Assembly (NCBI RefSeq): GCF_026571515.1
Contig: NW_026863843.1
Location: forward strand, 372,001 to 436,000
From: Ruditapes philippinarum
Taxonomy: Eukaryota
Direction of reading: 5' to 3'
DNA length: 64,000 nucleotides
Made by a program: the position numbers and the translations under genes. Shown here piece after piece: positions 1 to 14,204 of the stretch (within the stretch, counting starts at the first letter, position 1; every line of letters starts with the position of its first letter). The notes beneath the pieces are model-generated. The model was not told the origin of the DNA and did not search any database. It worked only from the letters and a program-made list of their open reading frames with translations.

Positions 1-787
1 AGGATGTCGTCTGCCACAGGCTCCTGCAGGTTTCGTTAACCTCTTCAGAATCTTACGCATGGTTTTCCGGGATACTGGGTCACGTGGTGATTCGATGTCT
101 TGCAGACCTTGTTCATACTCAGTGAAAACTCGTCGGTAATGACCACATCCTCGAGGATTGGATTTTGACCCAGGTGTCTGAGTTAATCTAGCGACCACCT
201 CGTCTACATAACTTTTGTCAGCTACCCTTAAACATAAAAAACACGAAAACTGTTACACGTTTCATCGTCATCGTAAAAAGTTTAAATATTGTTTTTTAAT
301 TGCAATTATATTCCATATAACCACCAAGTTATTTAATTATATGCATCTATTCGTTGGAATATTGATGATAGTCATACGTCACGTGACTCATGTACCATTT
401 GAAATTGAATTAACAAAAGCTAAACTCGTACATGATGTATAGTATATTGCCTCATTAAAGTTATGATGAATTGTTATCACAATACAATCAACATTATTTA
501 AGGTAAAATTGATGGAATTCTCGCAAAGGTCAAAGACAATCAACTCACCTGAATGCAGGAGCCCGTGGTACGTCGATATCAAATTCTGGCACAAACTCCA
601 TATTAGGGTTTCTTTTCCTTTCCCTACGTTTTTTAAAACGATCGCTTGCCTCAATTTCTAATGCCAGTAGCTCTGGTCTATATAACTTTTGTCTAGGCGT
701 GTTTTTGTGCATGGTTTTCTCGCGAGTCGTGTATAAGTGATTAATGTTTTTATCCTGGAGATAGCCATACGTTATGTTAAAAGACAT
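1..787 (-). CDS. Uncharacterised protein, paralog A (3' end runs off the window); exons 787-549 and 226-<1
   Basis: ATG at 787, 239-nt exon ending AG|GTGAGT, acceptor TTTAAG| at 227. Spliced frame reads MSFNITYGYLQDK...PRAPAFR/VADKSYVDEVVARLTQTPGSKSNPRGCGHYRRVFTEYE...GACGRRHP, colinear with the gene at 4228-4958 and with the same intron position and phase. Confidence 0.85.
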
Positions 788-2228
788 GATTAAATAGTAA
801 ATGTTACAATACACCACCAATTAACTCATTTATTACATATTGATCCTTTTTATCCCACTTTTTCACTTTTCTGAAATAAATTTGTCAAATACACTTTTAA
901 ATTTATTGCATAAAATACTTTCACGATAAATTTGCAAATCAAACAATTATGAAATTTCAAGACGTTTTATGCCCCCACTCAAAGATCTAGAGTGCCCTTA
1001 ATCCTTCTCTATTCACGTAAAGCCGAAGTTCTGTCCTTTCGTGACATCACTTGATAATTTACAATTGAAAGTTTGTAGTTTGAGAGGCATTTAATGATTT
1101 TTCATTTAAAAAATATACAAATAAATCTTAAACACTCTTTATACAACAAAGTTAATAGATATAACTACATGTACATCAAGTTCTTCATTTTATTTTTTAT
1201 TGTATTGTTAATGATAAATGCAGAAAAGAAAATAAATAATTCAAGAATCTTTCATCTTATATCCAAAACATCACAACAGTTAGAGTAGCAAATGTTACTG
1301 AAGAAAAATTAAAGCCACATAATCGTAATCAAACTATAAAATACGTCCTGAAGTCTTTAAAAGATTATCAAAAGTGATAGACCTCTTAGATCAAATCTAT
1401 TTGTTCTGAGTGAAAGTTTTGAACTTTGTAAGGACAGTATGTTTACTTTATCTTTAAAATCATGTCTGGATATCGCAATGCATTCAGAAGTTTGTACATT
1501 CAGCAACTAGCTGTATTTACGGACCAATTCAACCCTGGTTTTTCAATTAAAACGTCTTCACCATTAACTGTATAAACAGTATTGAAATTTCCATATCTAT
1601 ATGAATAGTAATCTTCTATTAGAGTAAGAACGATTAATATTTGAATGTTTACTACTTGATGTACAAATGACCTTACAACTTTTATAATAATTCCTATACA
1701 ATCTGATGCAGAACTCATTCGCTGTATGTTTAATGTTAATACTTTATACAGTCGTGATTAAAATACCGATTTTAGATTTTAAATTGCATATTAATATCAT
1801 TAAATCATAACACTTGGGGTTGGTATAAAACTGTTATATTTCAGTATCAAATGTGGGCGGAGCTAACCGTTTTGCATCAAGGCAACAAGTCATGGTGTAC
1901 CGCTATATATCAACAGATTAATTCTGTAACATAAACTTGTTTTATAAACTGTCTTTTAAACTTCTTTCATGAACTATATAATTAATTAATTATTTTATGA
2001 ACTACATAACTAGTGACCCACCTAAACATTAAATCTTTAATAAATTAAGTTTATTTTATTTCTTTTTTTACTATAAACATTGACACTGTCAATGCTTATA
2101 GGATCAAAACAAACATATACATATAGGTAAGTAAAAACATTCTTATCCTTATAAAAATCAAAAACTATTTACTATATATATACTCAATGTCGTCTTCACA
2201 ATCTACCTCATAAATAACGTTATACAAT

Positions 2229-2467
2229 TGAGGCGCGTCACGACAAAACCAACATAGTGCGTTTGCGACCAGCATGGATCCAGACCAGCCTGCGCATCCG
2301 CGCAGTCTGATCAGGATCCATGCTGTTCGCTTACCAACTCTATTTCAAGTAGAGAAACTGATAGCGAACCGAACAGCATGCCTGATCAGACTGCGCGGAT
2401 GCGCAGGCTGGTCTGGATCCATGTTGGTCGCAAACCCATTATGTTGGTTTTGTCATGACGCGGCTCA
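2229..2467. mobile_element. Palindromic (fold-back) MITE
   Basis: Long terminal inverted repeats TGAGGCGCGTCACGACAAAACCAACATA.../...TATGTTGGTTTTGTCATGACGCGGCTCA. Second copy at 27223-27374. Confidence 0.85.
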
Positions 2468-2504
2468 TATCATTTAAAATTGTTGATCTTAAAGCAAGAG
2501 GTCC

Positions 2505-2753
2505 TTTTGGGGGTTGAGTTTTACGTCGCATCAACACAGAATACGCCATATGGCGACTTTCCAGCTTTACTGGTGCAGTAAGACTTAAATTGCCCTTCTG
2601 TGCATATTACGGGCACGAACGGGCACCTGAGTAAAACCACCGACGTCCCGTAAACTTTCATGAAGGAATTCATAGTCCCTGTTGGAATTCGAACCCACCG
2701 CGGGGAGATGCAAGAGTATTTAAGTCAACGTCCTTAACCACTCGGTCTTGGGC
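2505..2753 (-). mobile_element. tRNA-derived SINE, family 1
   Basis: Minus-strand head with A box (CCGAGTGGTTAAGG) and B box (GGGTTCGAATTCC). Body shared with copies at ~28383 and ~49603. Confidence 0.8.
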
Positions 2754-4227
2754 GATTATGCCCATTCTTCGGACAAAAAAGAGTAACATAATTTGATCTA
2801 ATTTGTTTTCCCCCTTACATACCAGATAATATTGAACAATGAAATTAAATTCAATGAAACATCTTACAAAGCAATATATCAGTAAGTAATTAGAACTTAA
2901 AGATGAGGATCAGATTGTTTAACGGTGTATCAAATACTTTAAAAATCTACGTTAAAGATTGAATACTAATTAAAGCACTCTTTTGTTGAAACACAGAGCA
3001 GCTTTCACTGAAAGTGACTGTCGAAGTTTGAAAATGAAAATAATAAAAAATAAACTTTATTTTTCTTCCGAAATTTAAATTACAAAGCAAATATTTCTGA
3101 CTTCTGTCCCCACACTTTCTTATACTATTACTATTTTATAACCATAAGTATGTAAGATATATTTTGACACGTTCTTTATATCAGTAATGTCGAGGGTGCA
3201 GTCAAAACAATGTGAAGGAAGGGAGACAACTTCGTTTTTTTTTAGCATGAGTTGAATAATCAAGTGAAGCAATCCGAGCAAAATTGCCATCTATAAACAC
3301 TTAATTTCTGTCAGTAAAACAAAGTTTATTTTTTGGTTTCTTTATTTTTGTTTTTAAGCATGCTAAAGAAACTAAGACAGAAAAATAACATGACATAAAT
3401 AAGATATATAAACAATCTGAATCAATACTTTGGAAAGACTAGATTCCATCTACGTTTTCACCATGAAAACAAAATAAAGATTGCACGCACATATCCTTTT
3501 TAAGCACGACAAAGTTAATTTAACGCCAGCATGGTCAACGATACACCGGAAAGCGAACCAGACGCTGGTTACCCATTCGGAACTGCCTCGGCTATTATCT
3601 ATAATAACCTCGGAAACAATCCGGATTGAAAGTAGTTCTACCACGTGGTTTACAGATGTAAACAGAAACAGAGATAATGTAAAACGAATGTATATATTTG
3701 ACATCTTATGTCTGTTCCGGTACTCTTATGCTTGAAAATATGTCTGACAACAATTTGTTATTCAAATATGCCCACTGATGTTCAATTTTAAACAAATCCG
3801 ACTAAATGTCAACAGGTTGGTTTTTTGTACTTTCGGTTTCTACAGCCATATTAGTAAATATATAAATAATGTATTGTTTGCTTATGTACCTATGAATTCA
3901 CTTATTTTAGGTGGACTTTTACTACATATAATGTAAATAAACTTGTCAACAACTCTCAGCATTAAATTACTATTTGTTTACATGTTTAGTTTCTTAGCGT
4001 AGGATAGACCGGAATACCGCATCCGTTCTGTGTATTCATACTATTGTGTTCGAGGTCCTTATCCGAAGACTGACGGAAAGGGCCGAGTAGTTGCGATTGG
4101 CTGGTTACCATGGAAATATAGTCGTCTTTTGTCTTATCACGCGCCCGTGCTATGACATTAAAGTTTAATTATTCTACGAATGGAAACATCGGATGGAATA
4201 TTAAGCAGTAAATACTGTGTCTCTTCA

Positions 4228-4958
4228 TCAAAACTTAAAGTTCGGTAGATAATCTTCTTCTCGTAAATCCGGGGACTGATGTCTGCGTCCACAACCACAT
4301 GGCTGCATCAATCTGTCTAGAATACTGTTCATTTTTCGGCGAGTTACTGGCTCACGTGGTGATTCTAGTTCCTCTTCTTCCCATTCATACTCGTGAAAGC
4401 CGCGCTGATAGTGACCACAACCTCTAGGGTCTGACTTTATCTTTGGTCTTTGTGTCAATCTAGAAACGATTTCATCAACGTACGCTTTGTTCGCTTTTCT
4501 GTAATATATAATATTTCAACAGTATTGAAACAATCAAACAAATAAACAAACAGACATGATATCAAATAGTTGAAAATGTTTTACTTACTGAATCTAAAAT
4601 TCGGACTGATTATTTCGTGCTATGTATTTTCTATATTAACTCACAGTAAAGCTTATAAGATCAATATTCTCGATAATTTAGAACTACTTGCTGTTGTTAT
4701 AGTGATGAAATATAGATACCTAAATGCTGGTGCACGAGGAACTTCTATATCGAATTCGGGCACAAACTCCATATTAACTTTCGGTTTTTTGTCTTTCCTT
4801 TGTCTATGTCTTTCTCTAGCTTGTATTTCTAATTCTAAGAACTCCGGTCTATAGAACTTCTGTCGTGGGACATTTTTGTGCATAGTTTTCTCGCGCGTCG
4901 TGTACAAATGTTTTATATTTTTGCCTTGTAGACTACCGTATGTCACATTGAACGCCAT
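4228..4958 (-). CDS. Uncharacterised 169-aa protein, paralog B; exons 4958-4720 and 4498-4228
   Basis: ATG 4958, 239-nt exon ending AG|GTATCT, acceptor TTACAG| at 4499, total 510 nt. Reads MAFNVTYGSLQGK...PRAPAFR/KANKAYVDEIVSRLTQRPKIKSDPRGCGHYQRGF...YLPNFKF*. Confidence 0.88.
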
Positions 4959-7044
4959 GATTACAAATAATTATACTATATCCTTTGTTTACACACGTAT
5001 CTTAAAATACATCAATATTGAGAGCTGTTAAATTAAATTCACATTTTCTCTATAAAAATGATCAATTATTTTAAATCCCTAATATCGGGAATCATAATTC
5101 CAATTATTTCTATCAGTCTATATATTTAGATTTAAACAAGCACTTAACATTATAGATTTCACTTTAAATTAGACAAACTAATGCTTCTTTCAAACCTTCG
5201 TGTTCGTTGTTTGGCACATACACTTTTGTTATATACACTTCTTTATAGAATATTTACCTATTCTATTGAAAAATCTACATCAACATTTAAAGATCTCGGC
5301 GTATTATCGATACTTTATCTCAAACGAAAACTATTCTATTCAAAATTGTTCCAAAAACGGAAAAGCGACACATAATTTAGTATGAAAATACTCGTATCAA
5401 ATTTCCGATAACAATTTTTCCTATTTATCAGTAAGTAACTACGCCACCTTTCAAAACGTGGAAATTAATTTTGATAATTTACTTTAAATCACATGTAATA
5501 GTCACCGCAATAATCCACAATACATTTATACATGTCGTAGGGTTAATTTTTTGTTAGATCATATTTTATGACCAGTTTTGTTCGCACTAATCAAATGCCA
5601 ATACTTGCTTATAAAAAATTCAAAACCTGTGATGATTTTACCGGTACAAATTGATATCTATAGACGGGTTTACAATGATCTTGTATATGTCACACTTATT
5701 CCTCTGTATGTTAACTTCACAACGAATGTTTTTTATTAAACAATTCTTTTAGAAAACGAAAGTAAAGCGCGTTCTCGAACTCTTATATCCATAGTAATTT
5801 TAAATTATTAATCACACATTTTTGAATCAACTCAAATCTTTTTTTCTGACTGCGTATCCATTTTGTTGGAATTCGATTATTTTACACAGTTACAAATTCA
5901 ATAAATCAGGAACAATGCCAGTAACAGTGGTGAAATGATATAATCCTAATCCATATTACAATATTGTCCGCTTTGAAGATTAACTTTATCACGATATACA
6001 ATGCATTGACCTTTTTATATGAATTGCTATATTACATTTTCTAATAGTTTCAATTTATTACCCCTATTGTAAACAACCAATTGTAGAGATAACAGCAAAT
6101 ATCAAACCGGGTAGACGGCAAATATAATGAGAGTGTATATTGCCTTTTTTGCTATAATATATCGTTTAATCTTGATCAAGTGAATCATACATACGAGGGT
6201 AAATGAGAACACTGAATGTTTGATAGTTCTATATAAATATTTATAAGGATTATCTTAAAACTTTGCCGCCTATTTTATTCTACTTAGATTATTGGCAGAA
6301 AGTTAATGTTCACCACAGCTCATGTAAAGCGTCTACAAAAAAAAATTTCATAAAAAATAAGTTATGTACAGTATTTGAGCTCAGCAATTAGTTTAAAATG
6401 TAACATTATAAGACCTGGAACGATTAGAATTAAAACTATACAAAATAAGTATTCATAAATTGTGAAATTATTCTAGAAAATAATTCTTTTAGGAAAACAA
6501 CAACAATAAATACAACAAATCATTGAAGTTTGTGTGCGCGTGTGTGTTTTTGCCGTTTTGTTTTGTGCATGCGTCCGTATTCAATGTGAATTTGAAGTCA
6601 CTTGTCAATTTTTGAACTAACGGGAGACTATCTATACATATTAAACAATTGGCTGCTAGAGTCACATTTATCTGCCCTGTTTCGAATGTGACTTCTAGTA
6701 CTCATGTTAAATATTATCATTAAGTGTTTCCATAATCGTATGTTTGATTCTCGAATTCTGTTGTAACATTTCTAATAGACATGGTCTTTCAAAATAGTTC
6801 TATTTGAAAGACCCTGTCTGTTATTTAACACGCATGTACAAAATGTATATTGTACGTAAACAGTATATAAAAATGTTCCAGAAGAAAATATTATGTTGAT
6901 ATTCTAAGCAAGTTTTTAACCGTTTTAGCATTGATTTCATGCATGTGCTATTTAGAAAAAAAACGTATTTCTTTTATGCAGATATTTATGGCATTATTCT
7001 AAGTAAAAAAAACAACTAAAAATGTGTATACTACACACGGCAGG

Positions 7045-7310
7045 TATAGCTACGCCACTCGTGAGAATACTGTTTTTAAAGCCCACTCGATGAAATAAAA
7101 TTTCATCTTACACACAAACAAACAAATATCCTCTATATAATTAAAAGAAGTTTTTTTAGGTTAGTGTAAGCTCGAAATATATTTCACCTTGTGAACACCA
7201 AAAGTTCATATTTCACTCGTGGCTGCGCCACTCGTGAAATATACCTTTTGGTGCTCACTCGGTGAAATATATTCCGATCTTACACTGAACTAAACAAAAT
7301 ATCCTCTATT
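7045..7310. repeat. Palindromic non-autonomous element (one half copy plus one fuller copy)
   Basis: Hairpin AGTGTAAG...ATATTTCACTCGTGGC TGC GCCACTCGTGAAATAT...CTTACACT. Both copies end AATATCCTCTAT, as does the element ending near 34708. Confidence 0.65.
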
Positions 7311-10059
7311 TCTTAATGGATCGTCATCTTAACTGATTTGGATGCAATCATATTTGCATATGCGTGATGTACACGATAAAATTTAAAGGCTTTCACAAAG
7401 TCATATAAAAGTCTTTTGGAATTTGAGATTTTACTTAATTAAATGTTTAAAAAAATCTTACAAGAAAAATAAAAGCCTTGGTCTTACATAAAAAATATTT
7501 AACACATACACATATATTAAAGCTCTCATGAATAATTTCGTCAAACCCGGGTCGAAAAACTGTTATGTAAAATTTGAGTTTCGTACACTCATTCGTACTT
7601 GTCAACTGGTTCTACGCTTAAAGCCAGGTAAAATATGCAGGATAGTATACAACTGATAATGTGCGGGGAACCAGTATAGGAGACATGTAAACAAGGAAAT
7701 AACACAGGTAAACTTATGTGATATTTTTTCTTCTTAATTTCATTTATATTCTCAATAATTTAATTGTGAAAAATCATTTACATTTCATTTCATATAAAAT
7801 TAGTCCATATGATACTTCAGTTTTAATTACCATTGTAATTTCTGTTTAAATTTAATGAGATCAAATGCAGTTTTTAGCAATATTACCAGATAACGTGAAA
7901 CGTGTTTCTAGACATGTTTTACGATTATTGTAATATATTGGTGGAATGTCGTCAATAATGGTCAGATAACATCTCCCTTTTATATATACTTGTATATACG
8001 ATGTATATGGTCTACAATGTATGTTCGACAGGCTTGCATAATTATGTTATGTTATGTCTTAAACGTTTTGAATGAGACATGTATATGTCAAATTAGACAA
8101 TAATTGATCGTTGTAGATAAATAAAACGAAACGTGGCTGAAATCAAAAGAAAAAAACCTTTAAATTATCTGAAAATCTCTGATCGTTAAGGTGGAATAAT
8201 ATGTCATTGTTAATTTGAATGCATCTAACTTATTTTTTTGTTTGCTTTTGCTGAAAATTCATTTACTCGTGGATAATACTCATACATTTATTCATACACT
8301 CAGAATAACAGTTTTTAGAAAAACTCATTATTTTTGATAATATAATTTCACTGCTAAATGTATTGCTGTACTTTAATATCAACACTGTTGAAAAACGGCA
8401 TTATATTGTTCAGTTACTTGATGTATTGCATTATATTGTTCTTTGATTTGATTAAACAGTCACGTTCGTTGTGTCCCCATTAATATGATAAATGTGTTCC
8501 TCACCAGTTTTCATATTTGAAATATTTGTATTATATTTCACTGTATGCTAGCTTTATTTGAGATGAGAAGATCGACTAGGATCGTTTAACATCTATTAAA
8601 ACTGACCAGTCCGTGACCGCAATTATCATACAAATATAAAAGAACTTGGCTTCGTTTACAACCCGATGTTAAATTAGGCATTTTAAATTATACAGGCTGA
8701 TCAATTTTATTGAAAGAGAATTTTACCAATTTTATTTGCAGGGTAGTGTAAAACAAATGTATTAAGTTATGTCAGCCGATACAATAACCGATTTTTAAAG
8801 GTTCTATAAGCCTCAAACATGTTATTATTATTTTTTTTCAAAGTTTTTAAGGCGTTCTGTTTAAGTTTCCGAAGTGATACTCGCTGGCCATATAGTTTAA
8901 CCATCATTTGCGTAAATCTGTAGTGATCAATGTATGGGAGACAAATCAACGTTGCTTTCTTGCGTGATAAGCATCCAAATTAATATACATGTTTTAGTAA
9001 AACAATTCAAAACGTAGGTTTTCAGAAGAAAATAAGAGTGTAATTCGTTGAACATATATAATTCTGTTTCTCTGAAGTAGGACAGACAAATCAATAAGTT
9101 TTTATGAAGTTTATCCTATTTACATATCGGTTGTGTTTCTAAGGCTCCATATAAAGAATAATTAATTATTGAAAGAAAGAATAATTTGTTAGTTTGTTGT
9201 TGACAAACAATTCATTTAAACCCTCTCCTACAATGAAAATCTCACATTGAAAAAGCTTCATTTTCTTCCTTCAATACCGGAAGCAGTCATTTTTTGCAAA
9301 GTTCGCTTTCTCCGGAAAACACATATACAATATTACATCGTAAGCATCCTCAATGCATTTCTAAGCTGAAATACTTGACGGTTAATGCCAAGGTGACATT
9401 TGTTTCTTTGAAATAATGAAGCATGTGGTCGTTTATGATTGATCAATATGATGTTATAGACGATGTTTGCTTTACACTTTAATCAATATCAAACAAATCT
9501 TGCATGTTTCATATCTTTATGAAACATCTAGCAAACACAAGTCGATGCTATAACAAAACGTATCGCCCAAATATTATTGTATTATACTATAGTATTGCTA
9601 ATATGTTTAATTAATGGATATAGTTCCGAGGTAAACATTTAATATTTTTGCTTTTATTCTAGTTCATAGAAAAACTATCTTAGAGGCTGCGCTGCAAATA
9701 TATAGGTTTCTAATATGACATTTAGATGTTTTTTTTTTATAAGTTTTGAATTCAGAGTTTTATTTTACCACATTTGCAGTCGTAGTTTAAAAACATGATG
9801 TAAATAGATTCTTTTGTTTTGAAAATACATTGTATTAGAGCAAAATATAGACTATACTATTATATAATGTTTTATCAAACTATTGTAGAATATTGTCATC
9901 ATACTACACTTTGTAACAAATTCTGACGAAATCAATAACATTGAAACAAACAAAAAATTTTAAAATTTAAATAAACTTTGTGAATTTCTTAATTTGTTTA
10001 TATTTCCAGATTTTAGATCCAGCAAGTCACCCTGATCAGTACAACCAACATGTGCAGAA

Positions 10060-11579
10060 ATGTATTGTCATCCTCAATATTTATTCTCGAAGCACGGATT
10101 TCTCGTGCAAGTATATCTGTCACTTGCAGTCATTTTCGGAACCATTTTCTGGATAGGTAAGATTTACTATTGTTTAGAATTCTAGGTAATATTTAATGCG
10201 AAATAAATCAATGAGGATCAATTTTAACAGACAGCTTATAAGCCTATGATAGGCTTAGTTAAAAACTAGTTTTTCTTTGTTTATGAAACTACTTGATTTC
10301 TTTTACCGACGTGTTCGTGTTTTCATGTCTGAGGGATATACATGTATACATTTTTCTCGCACTTACACTGCAGTAATTTGATCTTTTTAACAATAAATAA
10401 CCATATACAATAAACTTGTATTTGGCGGATTATTATCAAAGGTGTTATTTCACGAAAAATATGCTACAGAATAACTATGAAAGTTGCTATGGTGATATTT
10501 TTGTATTTTCTTTTACAGAAGCAACAACAGTATTGTGTGACAGATGTTTAAACAATAGCACGTGCCGCGTTATAACACATATTGAATCAAATGTTTCGAC
10601 CTTCTATTGCGCATGCTTGCAAGGATGGATCGGTGAGCGTTGTCATATACGTGTTCGTCTGATTCTCGTTTCTGTAACTATGACGTCAGCAACATTAAAG
10701 TGGGAATATTTAACAACCGGTTTAGAAAATCTCCCGAAAATTACAAACGTTAGAAATTTAAAAGATAATCTAGAACCTTCTCAGATTGATCTCACATCTG
10801 GTGATTATGATAAAACAGTCACTAAAGGAACTTACTATCGATATACGCAAGCGCAATTAAACGTTAATTATTGGTCCGATAGTCAAAGAAGTGAGTGCAA
10901 TATTGTCCCTAATCTTACCAAATCAGTTTTTACAATCTCAGGTCTGGACAGCAGAACAGAATACACGTTTTGTGCCAAAACTGATCACACATACATGTGT
11001 GACTTTGATCTAGTCAGTTATTCAAATGACATTGTCCCTGCATGTGTGTATGTGACTACAAAAGCAGACGACTGTTCTGTTCCACGTGTTTATATAATCT
11101 TAATTTCTTGTGTAGCTATAGTTGGATTAATCATCCTTTTAATTGTAGGAATTGTCTCAAAGAGAAACAATTATTTTTCGTTCCTTATTTGTTTAAATCA
11201 AAATAAAGATCATCAGGCACGTCGTACTGTTGCCATGCGCTCACCAAAACCACCAGCGGACGGATATCGTACGGACATATATCTACTCAAATCACCTACA
11301 GCTAACCATACGATCTCGATTACTGCACCAAACTGTCCCGGAAAACCAAAATACCCGTTGATTAAGAAAAGACTACGAGGTTATGCCTCGTTTTCAGCTC
11401 AGAATGAGCAGACGATTCCCCTTTCAACTGTTCTAGAATATAACGAGGGTGACTTTGATGGGGAATATATTCACTCGGACGCTGAATCTAATGCAGCAGA
11501 CGAATCTGACATGATCGTTGAAACCAATATACATGTAGTAAAAAGTGATGAAGTAAACGTAAACAACTCTGATGATTAA
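10060..11579 (+). CDS. Single-pass membrane protein, ~385 aa: signal peptide-EGF-FN3-TM-cytoplasmic tail; exons 10060-10156 and 10519-11579
   Basis: First coding exon MYCHPQYLFSKHGFLVQVYLSLAVIFGTIFWI (hydrophobic) ends G|GTAAG and joins TTACAG|AA in phase 1. Six-Cys EGF (CDRCLNNSTC...CACLQGWIGERC), FN3 hallmarks (SATLKW...ISGLDSRTEYTFC), TM segment YIILISCVAIVGLIILLIVGIV followed by KR. Confidence 0.85.
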
Positions 11580-14204
11580 TGTGATGTGCCTTAATAATTC
11601 AGAAACGCAGTATTAACGTTATTGTGACAAGTCATAGATTAAATGCTCACTAGTGTTATATGTGTCATATAAGATTGAAAAGGTGTGCGCATATTGTATT
11701 ATTCAGTTGCATTTCATTGTTGATAGTAACTAGCGTTTTATTTTTTACGTTTTTACGATTAAAGGAAATAATTAAATTGGCTTTGTGGACTCACTAGCTT
11801 TAAGTGTATATTGTTTCATTAAGTTGCCAAAGGTACTTGGAGTTTATAAATTATTATGAAATATTTCATCACATGTTTAACACATTATGTTTTTGCACAA
11901 ATTATATTTTAAATTATATATCTTGCACAACTATTTATTCTTTTTACCAGACCACCTTTTAAATCGTCTGCCGTTTGAAACGTCGCTTTAAGATTTTTCT
12001 TTTTAAAAAGTACATGTTATGTTGGTTTTTTTTATGGAAGATGTTCAGTTAATGATAAAAATATTATTTTTTTAATTCACATACAGCTTTAATTAGTTGA
12101 AGACCTCACAATGTAATCATTTGTATGTTAGTGTTTGTATTTGTTTCTTATTTGATATAATATTATATTTTATAAATGATCTCAGATGATACTAATTAGA
12201 ACAGTTTTAGCAAAATGCCACCTGACTTATATACGTGTACGTACATTTATAGAGAGTGCCTTAAAGACTATTGAAAACATTGATGTTTACATGTTTAATA
12301 TTCTAATTAATTCTTTATTTTCAGTTTTACAGGAATATACTACAAAATCATATATTCAATATGGCCTCATTTTGAACGCTAAGTACTGATATTTGAATCA
12401 TTTACAATATTTGCACAAATACATTCAATAAACATGTATACAAATTTCCTAGCTAAATAAAAGGCCGTTAAAGGGATCGTGTAAAAAATAACACAAGAGG
12501 TCATCTCTGAGATAAAATATTTCTATCTCCTTGTTAACATGTTTTTTATGTTCTTTTTGACATTGTTTAATTGTTTAGAGCAATTATTTTACCATAAGAT
12601 GAAGGTACAGGTGCTTTTTGCTGTGATTTATGTTTTGTATTTATTTTCATGTATTGAGCTTGATTCGTATTTGTGTTTATATCTGAAAATATGTGTTTTA
12701 ACTCATTTTACACTTTGTGTTAAAGAAATTTTTCATGTAAAAACAGCTTTTTGTACGTATAATGTGCATACTGGAAACTAAGGGAAACAGCTTCATATAT
12801 TGTTGACATGTTTGATTTAACAGAAATAGTTTCAAATAATTCATGATAACAGTTTATAACTAACTTTATTGTATTTTCCTTGGCATGCTGTTTGAAAGTT
12901 ATCAAACTGGCATAGAATTTTATGTTATACATGTCTTGTCCTTGAACTTTTGTAATGTTTATTCTTTCACACAGAAAAACGACAATGTTTTGTCAGACGA
13001 AAACAATATAACTTTGTATATTGAAGTAGAAAACAAAACCATAAAATTCTCTTTCTGTAAATTTCTTCATGAATTTATGAACTTTGAATTGACATAATAA
13101 TTGTGATGTGGTTTTTATTATTAAAACCGGGTATCTATTTATTGTAGAAATTTATTATTTATTGCACAATATATATGCAGTATTTGCAACTTGATATAAA
13201 TCATTTGCTTGTTTTTGTTGTAAAAGCTGGGGTAAAATAAAGTCTCAGAATCATAGACAAAGACCACTGTGTTGTCATATTTTATCACCATGTCTATTCA
13301 ATTACTATCTTTGTACTTTGCCATTTGAAAGGTTTAGCTGGTAGCACTGTCGATTCTAGATTACTAGTATAAATGTCACAGTTGGTGTCATTAAAACTAC
13401 AATCTACATTGGTTGATTCTGCCTCAAGTCCTAGCATTTTCTTAATTCATTTGTACTGATTACATGCAATTGATATATAATATTGAAGATGGTCTTACGG
13501 TTAATACCGATCAATTATTATTAAACTATTTGCAAATAATCTGAAATGGATTTTGCACATATGAATTTGTCACCATTGGTATTTGGACTAGGTCATGTCT
13601 GGTCAGAGGGCCTCCGATATATATATATAGTATTTCCGCTGATTCAGATGTTGTATGTTATATTTATAAAGTGCTGTTTATACACTCACATGTTTCTCTA
13701 GATTATAGTTGATAGGGCATGTAGATGCTTCGTAGATAAATGTTATTTAAATTATGGTAATAAGTTAGTTACTTTGCATTTAGAACAGTCCATTCTTAGT
13801 TCTTGGGATTTCAGTGTGGAAAAAAGAACCTACTGGTTACACTGTACGGTTGTGCTGACTAGCCTTGCACTATATTGGATTTTAATGCCGAATTTAGGGT
13901 ATTTTATTATAACAGATGGTGGCGTCAGGTATCCAGCAATCATATAAACGTACTAATGTTACAAATACAAGTAGTTGAGTTAAAACTGAGTTTTTAAATG
14001 TGACTTGTCAATTAAGTAGGAAAACAATGTATCAGTGTCCCCCTTTTTAACAGACAATATGTCTCACGGTTTCCATATCAGCGGTGGAAATATGTAATCA
14101 GGTAAGGATCAAGAACCAACGAATTGTTCAATGTTGATGTATTTTATATGCTATCGAATCACAAGTAAAAGTTGATACAACATCCTGCTTTTACACATGG
14201 TGAC

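Noticed and set aside
1500-1718. 72-aa minus-strand ORF between the paralogs
   Set aside because: No recognisable motif, splice support or paralogy.
10416-10518. N-terminal part of the 387-aa ORF-track entry
   Set aside because: Intronic: it lies upstream of the acceptor at 10518, and a signal-peptide exon at 10060-10156 splices in frame.
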